64,000 nt of DNA, taken from a virus (lineage: Duplodnaviria; Heunggongvirae; Uroviricota; Caudoviricetes). The stretch is taken from IMG/VR virus record IMGVR_UViG_3300032007_000008; one strand, 5' to 3'. Position numbers and translations under genes: made by a program. Within the stretch, counting starts at the first letter, position 1. Each line of letters begins with the position of its first letter. Positions 59,079-64,000 of this stretch are shown here, piece after piece. A model generated the notes under the pieces. That model had not been told where the DNA came from, did no database searches, and was given only the letters and a program-made list of their open reading frames with translations.

Positions 59079-59154
59079 GGAGGTGTCGTATAGCCGGTCT
59101 GTACAGTGGACTGAAAATCCATCGGTGTTGGTTCGACCCCAACCGCCTCCACCA
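59079..59154 (+). tRNA. tRNA-Phe(GAA)
   Basis: Cloverleaf, loop CT-GAA-AA, encoded CCA. Confidence 0.9.
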
Positions 59155-59181
59155 AAAGAGAAAGAAACTCTATAAAACTTG

Positions 59182-59273
59182 TTGCGGCAAAATGCCAAGT
59201 GTGGTATAATGGTCGCCGTAGCTGAAAAAAAAAGGCGAAAGCCTTTAGCTCTTTGACAATTGAATGTAGATGA
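59182..59273 (+). promoter_or_regulatory. rrn-like promoter with GNRA hairpin and boxA leader (copy 1)
   Basis: TTGCGG-17-TATAAT, GC-rich discriminator, AAAGGC-gaaa-GCCTTT, TCTTTGACAATTGAATGTAGATGA. Confidence 0.75.
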
Positions 59274-59383
59274 CTAGGGTTTAACGACCCTATGGAGAAG
59301 AAACATGGGTTTCTTCCGTCCGAAGTCCACAATGATTCGGAACATTCTTTGTCGTTCGGTTGCGGTAACGCAACCGACGAAAT

Positions 59384-59470
59384 GGAGGGTTGTTCGAATG
59401 GTAAGGAGCCGGTCTTGAAAACCGGTGGATGTAAAAAGTCTTGGGGGTTCGAGTCCCTCACCCTCCGCCA
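59384..59470 (+). tRNA. tRNA-Ser(TGA)
   Basis: Long variable arm, CT-TGA-AA, GCCA. Confidence 0.9.
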
Positions 59471-59855
59471 TTGCATGTACGCCGATGAGGAGTAAAACTC
59501 AGTGCGCTTAATGTCAAACGATAGCTCAGTGACGAGAGTAGAGGTAACTCGTTCGGTCATTCACCATGATGGAAGGTTGGTTGGTGATGCGTCTTAGGAC
59601 GTAAGCCCATTCCCTTGCAGAGTTCAAGTCCTGCCAATGAGTGCGCACCCGAAATATTTTAGGGGATACATAGAACAGACGCGGAAAGGTCCGCGAAGCC
59701 TGTGCGAAATAAATAAGATATGCAGCAGGTCCCATTCGGAGGTCGGCATGCCAGACTCGTCAACTGCAATCCATAACCGCACTAGTGTGCTCCATACGTG
59801 AATCTGTCGGTAAACACATAAAATATAGACCGTCAAGCGAGTCTAGTTTCTTTTA

Positions 59856-59922
59856 AAGGCGCATACAGCAACAATATTTTATGCAATTGTTAGGGAACAG
59901 TCAAGCACAAAAACGCGCCTTG
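59856..59922 (+). ncRNA. ACAGCAA cassette A
   Basis: AAGGCGC-ATACAGCAA...GCGCCTT-G. Confidence 0.6.
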
Positions 59923-59927
59923 GTAAT

Positions 59928-60010
59928 GGGATTATGGCGGAATTGGCATACGCAGCAGTTTGAGGGACTGTCCCTTTTGGGTGAGAGTTCGAATCTCTCT
60001 AATCCCACCA
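59928..60010 (+). tRNA. tRNA-Leu(GAG)
   Basis: TT-GAG-GG loop, variable arm, ACCA. Confidence 0.88.
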
Positions 60011-60014
60011 CAGA

Positions 60015-60099
60015 GCGGAATTGATGGAATTGGTAGACTTGGCGTCTTCAGACGGCGTTGCCAAATGGCGTATTGGTTCGAATCCAATATTCCGCACCA
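60015..60099 (+). tRNA. tRNA-Leu(CAG)
   Basis: TT-CAG-AC loop, variable arm, ACCA. Confidence 0.85.
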
Positions 60100-60106
60100 C
60101 AAAGAT

Positions 60107-60183
60107 GCATCAATAGCTCAATCGGCCAGAGTACCTCCTTGCCATGGAGGATGTTACGGGTTCGAGTCCCGTTTGGTGCTCCA
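60107..60183 (+). tRNA. tRNA-Gly(GCC)
   Basis: TT-GCC-AT loop, TCCA. Confidence 0.9.
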
Positions 60184-60195
60184 CAATTTACGATT

Positions 60196-60308
60196 TAGAT
60201 GCGCACAGCGACTTTCATATCACGGTTTGTTTAGGTTCGACTCCTAAAGGCGATTCGGAGAAATCCGAGCGTGGAAGCGGTTCGATTGAGAACCGGCTCC
60301 GCATCTAG
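60196..60308 (+). ncRNA. ACAGC cassette B containing a T-arm
   Basis: TAGATGCG-CACAGCGA...TTTAGG-TTCGACT-CCTAAA...CGCATCTA-G. Confidence 0.6.
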
Positions 60309-60312
60309 CTTT

Positions 60313-60388
60313 GGGGACTTGGTAGAGCGGCTTCATATGCCTCACTGTCTATGAGGCGAGACGGGTTCAACCCCCGTAGTCCCCGCCA
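60313..60388 (+). tRNA. tRNA-Asp(GTC)
   Basis: CT-GTC-TA loop, GCCA. Confidence 0.9.
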
Positions 60389-60541
60389 TTCTAAACCGCA
60401 TTTGGCCAATGCGGAGCAAACGGCACCCCTGAGAGGTGGGCATCCGTGGAGAAATGCGGCTGGCGGTCTCATGAACCGCTTGTCTTCTCCTTGCCGGGGT
60501 AAGAGTCCTCACAATCTTCTCTGTTTCTTGTGATACTGAAT

Positions 60542-60618
60542 ACGGACTTGGTATATGTGGATTTGTGCCTCGGTCTCCAAAACCGAAGGAGCTTGTTCGA
60601 CTCAAGCAGTCCGTGCCA
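60542..60618 (+). tRNA. tRNA-Trp(CCA)
   Basis: CT-CCA-AA loop, GCCA. Confidence 0.88.
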
Positions 60619-60626
60619 ATTCAAAT

Positions 60627-60700
60627 GGGCCGGTGATGTAATGGTAGCATGCGACCTTTGCAAGGTTGATGTCGGGGTTCGAATCCCCACGTGTCCACCA
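60627..60700 (+). tRNA. tRNA-Ala(TGC)
   Basis: G3:U70, TT-TGC-AA, irregular acceptor stem. Confidence 0.85.
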
Positions 60701-60908
60701 ACTTAGGCTAAAGCCTTGCTGTCATGTGCTTCTGCATGACAGCTCAATAGTAAATCAGGAGCTGGTGGAGGACTCCATGCTCAACCTCGCAATCGCGAGG
60801 AACCCGCGTTTCGCTCTTCCTTCGGGTTTAAATGAGGCAAAGAGCTGGTAGCAAACGTTGTCCTAAAGTTCGGAGGCCGTTGTAAGATTCGGCGAGAAAG
60901 GACGATAT

Positions 60909-61003
60909 TTTAGCCGTTGTCGGGGTTCGAATCCCATCGATGCCGAAAGCGAAAGCAGGCTCGTAATCATGCAGTGCGCATGAAGGAGGTATCAACGGCT
61001 AAA
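60909..61003 (+). ncRNA. T-arm-containing structured RNA closed by an 11-bp stem
   Basis: TTTAGCCGTTG/CAACGGCTAAA enclosing GGG-TTCGAAT-CCC and TCATGC/GCATGA. Confidence 0.5.
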
Positions 61004-61130
61004 GATTTTTTCTGCGGTCGAGTTCTGATATTCAAATATCATTCAAAAACACTCGCCAAAAAACGTCGGAAGCGAGACTAGGAGTTAGCGTCGAAATACG
61101 TGCGTCGGACGACAAGCTTCACTTTGAAAT

Positions 61131-61204
61131 GGGCCGCTAGTTCAGTGGTAGAACATCCCGTTCGCAACGGGAAAACCTGAGTTCGATTCTCAGCGTGTCC
61201 ACCA
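61131..61204 (+). tRNA. tRNA-Ala(CGC)
   Basis: G3:U70, TT-CGC-AA. Confidence 0.87.
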
Positions 61205-61212
61205 TTCTCATT

Positions 61213-61295
61213 GCTTCGGTAATTCCATAACGGGGAATGTCAATCCCACCCAGTAATGGAGGATTGAATCAGTTCGTAACTGTATCGGGGCTCCA
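61213..61295 (+). ncRNA. atypical tRNA-like RNA with extended anticodon arm
   Basis: GCTTCGG/TCGGGGC-TCCA acceptor, D stem ATTC/GAAT, 7-bp TCAATCC/GGATTGA with a 14-nt loop. Confidence 0.6.
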
Positions 61296-61302
61296 ATTTA
61301 AT

Positions 61303-61376
61303 GGGCCGATAGTTCAGTGGTAGAATGCTTCAATGGCATTGAAGAGATGGCGGTTCGATTCCGCCCGTGTCCACCA
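61303..61376 (+). tRNA. tRNA-Ala(GGC)
   Basis: G3:U70, AT-GGC-AT. Confidence 0.87.
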
Positions 61377-61431
61377 TTCGGAGATGGCTGTGTTCTCAAC
61401 AGTCAACTGCGGCATCTCCGAAAAATTTTTC
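61377..61431 (+). terminator. hairpin ending the first RNA operon
   Basis: TTCGGAGATG...CATCTCCGAA then an A/T run. Confidence 0.55.
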
Positions 61432-61441
61432 AAAAAACTGG

Positions 61442-61521
61442 TTGCGAAAAACGCAGTCATGTGCTATAATAGGCGGCGTTTCCGAAAGGAAGCTGGTTCT
61501 TTGACAATTGAATGTAGATGA
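61442..61521 (+). promoter_or_regulatory. rrn-like promoter with GNRA hairpin and boxA leader (copy 2)
   Basis: TTGCGA-17-TATAAT, AGGCGGCG, TTCC-gaaa-GGAA, same 24-nt TCTTTGACAATTGAATGTAGATGA. Confidence 0.75.
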
Positions 61522-61525
61522 AGAC

Positions 61526-61591
61526 GGGTGTGTAGCTCAAGAAGAGCGTTCGTCTGAAAGATGTGGGTGTGAAATCCCACTACACTCACCA
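61526..61591 (+). ncRNA. 66-nt mini tRNA with collapsed anticodon arm
   Basis: GGGTGTG/TACACTC-ACCA, D stem GCTC/GAGC, TTC-gtct-GAA, T stem GTGGG/CCCAC. Confidence 0.65.
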
Positions 61592-61666
61592 TGCGGAGTA
61601 TAGCAACGGTAGCTAATCAGCCTCATAAGCTGAAGGTCGGTGGTTCGACTCCACCCTCCGCTACCA
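61592..61666 (+). tRNA. tRNA-Met(CAT), initiator-like 1:72 mismatch
   Basis: CT-CAT-AA; U1:U72; lacks the three consecutive G-C anticodon-stem pairs. Confidence 0.85.
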
Positions 61667-61741
61667 AGGAGGCCACAGCGCGGCATTAAGTTGCCGTTTC
61701 ATTAGTTTGCGTTATCATGCTCGCCGTAAGCTCTGTTAGAT

Positions 61742-61819
61742 AGGAGCGTAGCTCAGCCCGGTGAGAGCAGCATCCTTATAAGTTGTTGGTCGGTGGTTCA
61801 AATCCACTCGCTCCTACCA
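61742..61819 (+). tRNA. tRNA-Ile(TAT)
   Basis: CT-TAT-AA loop, ACCA. Confidence 0.85.
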
Positions 61820-61822
61820 AAT

Positions 61823-61898
61823 AGTCCTGTAAGCTAATTGGATAAACTTCAAGGCTACGAACCTTGTATTCCGGGTTCAAGTCCCGGTGGGACTGCCA
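61823..61898 (+). tRNA. tRNA-Arg(ACG)
   Basis: CT-ACG-AA loop, GCCA. Confidence 0.9.
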
Positions 61899-61905
61899 TT
61901 GCCGA

Positions 61906-62027
61906 AAGACGCACACAGCAATTCAACTTCTAAAATTCACTGTTAATGAAAAGGCGTGGGTTCGAATCCCGCAACCGCACGGCAAAGCGGTTTAGCTTAG
62001 TGGTAGAGCTTTAAAGAAGGCGTCTAG
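61906..62027 (+). ncRNA. ACAGCAA cassette C with circularly permuted tRNA(GTT)
   Basis: AGACGC/GCGTCT enclosing anticodon arm, T arm, loop-closed acceptor stem and D arm in that order. Confidence 0.7.
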
Positions 62028-62263
62028 TTATTTAATTTCATGCAACGGCTGCTGTATCGATGATTTGCAGAATTCAAAGTTCTGTCAACAGACAATGACG
62101 CAATAATCGATATGGTTTTAACAGCGAAAGCCTTTGCAGACTTGCAACCGCCGAGGCAGATGGAGGCGGCGGACGATGGAGGGGTGTCGCTCACCCCGTT
62201 ATCCGTATGAACCATTGGGAGTGCTGCGTCCCGCTCAGCCCGTCGAAGACGGACAACGCAGAT

Positions 62264-62379
62264 AAGTCACATGCAGCAATTAAAATTCTCCACCATTTGG
62301 GGAAATAGCATAATTGGTTAGTGCGTCCGTCGAAAGGCGGAAGGTTCTGGTTCGAATCCAGATTTAAATTGGTGACTTG
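62264..62379 (+). ncRNA. GCAGCAA cassette D with permuted, anticodon-less tRNA
   Basis: AAGTCAC/GTGACTT enclosing TTCTCC-ACCA-ttt-GGGGAA, D arm, GAAA-capped stem, T arm. Confidence 0.7.
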
Positions 62380-62391
62380 TTTTCAATCTTT

Positions 62392-62457
62392 AAGACTCAT
62401 ACAGCAACAAGCTATAAGCAATTGACAGTTAATCAATCACGCTAATACCGAGTCTTG
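62392..62457 (+). ncRNA. ACAGCAA cassette E with isolated anticodon-like hairpin
   Basis: AAGACTC/GAGTCTT enclosing ATTGA-CAGTTAA-TCAAT. Confidence 0.65.
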
Positions 62458-62461
62458 CCTT

Positions 62462-62537
62462 GCCTTGATAACACAGTGGTTTAGTGTGTCAGCCTTCCAA
62501 GCTGAAGACACCGGTTCGAATCCGGTTCAGGGCTCCA
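62462..62537 (+). tRNA. tRNA-Gly(TCC)
   Basis: CT-TCC-AA, TCCA. Confidence 0.9.
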
Positions 62538-62543
62538 TGATGA

Positions 62544-62631
62544 TGCTAGGTAGACCTGTAGGGAGCAGGGGCAGACTGTAAATCTGTTGTGTTAACGCAC
62601 CCTGTAAGTTCGACTCTTACCCTAGCAACCA
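62544..62631 (+). tRNA. tRNA-Tyr(GTA)
   Basis: CT-GTA-AA, variable arm, ACCA. Confidence 0.88.
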
Positions 62632-62805
62632 GAGAGGTGGCAGAAAAGCAGATGCAGTGTCTTTCGAGGACTGGCCATTGTCGATAATAGACGGTTTGTA
62701 AAAACGTTCCTTAAGGTTTCCGTCTGTGGTCAAGGAGTTAGCTACTCATGGAATTACCACTAATCGCATATGGCATTGGAGGTTCAAACCCTCCCCTCTC
62801 AACCA
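62632..62805 (+). ncRNA. tRNA shell with about 100-nt structured insert in the anticodon arm
   Basis: GAGAGG/CCTCTC-A-ACCA, D arm, AGTG/CACT, T arm GGAGG-TTCAAAC-CCTCC. Confidence 0.65.
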
Positions 62806-62806
62806 T

Positions 62807-62890
62807 TGGCATGTAGCGCGTATACGGTGATAGCTGCTCTTAAGTACATAGAGCCAACAAATGCGGGTTCGACTCCTGCCATGCCTACCA
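62807..62890 (+). ncRNA. atypical tRNA with 9-nt anticodon loop
   Basis: GGCATG/CATGCC, GCTCT-TAAGTACAT-AGAGC, canonical T arm, ACCA. Confidence 0.6.
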
Positions 62891-63101
62891 TCCTCGGTGA
62901 TAACCACCTTGGCAAAAACCCATACGAACGTGGTATGGTCGAGCTGTGAGAACAACGACACAGAGAGCAGTGGAACTTATATCCATGTAGCGACAGTTCT
63001 TCGTGACTGCCAGACGCGATATGAAATCCCTTGAATGGGTCTGGTTTCAGTGTGAGTGAGGCAGGCTACGCTGTGTAAAAGTCACTGCCAAGATTTTCAA
63101 T

Positions 63102-63357
63102 GGTGGATAGTTCAAATGTAACAGAATAAAGGGCATGTTCCGAGGGAACGAGGAGCAAGTAGTGTCACAAAAGGTGTGTGCAGTTCTTGACAATCTTCAC
63201 GCAGCGAGCCAGGTGACCCTGGGGTTGGCGAGTTTGGATTGGGATTGGAATGCAAGTTCTGTCCCAGTTGACCATAGGCTCTCGCCTTGAATTCGTTCGT
63301 ACTAAAAAATCCCCAAAGCCCCGCAAGACGGAGGGTGAAAATCCCTCGCCACCGCCA
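63102..63357 (+). ncRNA. tRNA shell with about 180-nt insert in the anticodon arm
   Basis: GGTGG/CCACC-GCCA, D stem GTTC/GAAT, GGGC/GCCC, T arm GAGGG-TGAAAAT-CCCTC. Confidence 0.6.
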
Positions 63358-63364
63358 ATTTCAT

Positions 63365-63452
63365 CACGCCGTGCGCCGAATGGATAAGGCATCGGCCTTC
63401 TAAGCCGACGGGAGTTTTCCCATTGCAGGTTCGAGTCCTGTCGGCGTGGCCA
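63365..63452 (+). tRNA. tRNA-Arg(TCT) with long variable arm
   Basis: CT-TCT-AA; GGGA-gttt-TCCC variable stem; GCCA. Confidence 0.85.
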
Positions 63453-63505
63453 TGGAACTCTGATAAATCGTAACGGTAATAATGACTCTTTCGGAATATG
63501 AAATT

Positions 63506-63591
63506 GGAGAAGTGCGATAATGGTATTCGAGCGGCTTGCTAAGCCGTGGGGTTAAGAGCCTCTCCCGGTTCGAGTCCGGGCTTCTCCGCCA
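63506..63591 (+). tRNA. tRNA-Ser(GCT)
   Basis: TT-GCT-AA, variable arm, GCCA. Confidence 0.9.
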
Positions 63592-63595
63592 CGAA

Positions 63596-63683
63596 GCTCC
63601 TGTGGCGAAACTGGCAGTACGCATGGGGCTTAAACCCCCAGCCCGGTATCGGGGTAGGGGTTCGAATCCCCTCTGGAGCACCA
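63596..63683 (+). tRNA. tRNA-Leu(TAA)
   Basis: CT-TAA-AC, variable arm, ACCA. Confidence 0.9.
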
Positions 63684-63687
63684 AGAT

Positions 63688-63763
63688 GTTCCGATAAGCT
63701 AACAGGACAAACTTCTGCACTCCTAATGCGGGTTTGACGGTTCGAGTCCGTCTCGGAATACCA
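63688..63763 (+). tRNA. tRNA-Arg(CCT)
   Basis: CT-CCT-AA, ACCA. Confidence 0.9.
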
Positions 63764-63768
63764 ACTAT

Positions 63769-63850
63769 GCTAGAGTGGTGGAACGGCATACACAGTGGCT
63801 TCAAATACCACGGCTTCGGCATATGGGTTCAAATCCCATCTCTAGTACCA
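63769..63850 (+). tRNA. tRNA-Leu(CAA)
   Basis: TT-CAA-AT, variable arm, ACCA. Confidence 0.88.
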
Positions 63851-63854
63851 AACT

Positions 63855-64000
63855 AAGGCAGATACAGCAAACATTGTTTTGTAAATAAAAAATGCTAAAC
63901 AATACCCAGACTGCGGGTTAAAGCCGTCAAACGCATCAATCAAGCATGGCGTTGTTATGCTGACAGTTTCGATTGCTACGTACTTCTGTAAAAAGCGAAA
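63855..64000 (+). ncRNA. ACAGCAA cassette F, truncated by the window end
   Basis: AAGGCAG-ATACAGCAA; closing strand not within the window. Confidence 0.45.

Noticed and set aside
63102-63357. tmRNA
   Set aside because: No G3:U70 pair, a D stem is present and no convincing tag reading frame was found.
58766-63822. ORF-track proteins across the tRNA island (e.g. 58766-59560 minus, 63400-63822 minus)
   Set aside because: Shadow ORFs over tRNA and ncRNA genes with no protein motifs.
59079-63850. HDV-like theta ribozymes directly 3' of tRNAs
   Set aside because: I could not build the nested double pseudoknot after any tRNA by eye; a covariance search is needed to exclude it fully.
1-64000. Stop-codon reassignment (TAG or TGA)
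   Set aside because: Core genes are full length in the standard code, TAG and TGA both end genes, and no CTA or TCA suppressor tRNA is present in the window.
59856-64000. CRISPR array interpretation of the ACAGCAA repeats
   Set aside because: Shared sequence is only about 9 nt, spacing is irregular, elements are interleaved with tRNAs and no cas genes are present.

Overview
64 kb of a large T4-related (jumbo-type) myophage genome read with the standard code. 1-30.5 kb, almost all + strand: replication, recombination and transcription genes (intein-containing UvsX/RecA, gp41-like helicase, gp32-like SSB, NAD-dependent ligase, a sigma-70-family factor and a gp55-like late sigma, RNase H/5' exonuclease, family B DNA polymerase, GroEL) interleaved with terminase, neck and tail-completion genes. 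30.5-44.3 kb: tail fibre/baseplate block with BspA-type LRRs and a gp5-like spike. 44-58.7 kb: accessory genes (gp62-like, ThyX, permuted papain-like amidase, nucleotidyltransferase, ferritin-like, GroES, ClpP). 58.8-64 kb: a dense non-coding RNA island with 20 readable tRNAs, transcribed from rrn-like promoters with a shared boxB/boxA leader. Most notable: (1) a repeated RNA cassette (closing stem + ACAGCAA-type motif ... CTWG) that encloses circularly permuted tRNA modules, alongside tRNA shells whose anticodon arm is shrunken or replaced by 100-190 nt inserts; (2) a DNA polymerase gene that stops 17 codons after the catalytic GDTD, consistent with an ultra-short split N-intein; (3) a CTAAATAG late-promoter regulon; (4) a possible leader-peptide attenuator before tRNA-Phe. 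All calls come from reading motifs and base pairing by eye; no searches or folding programs were run.
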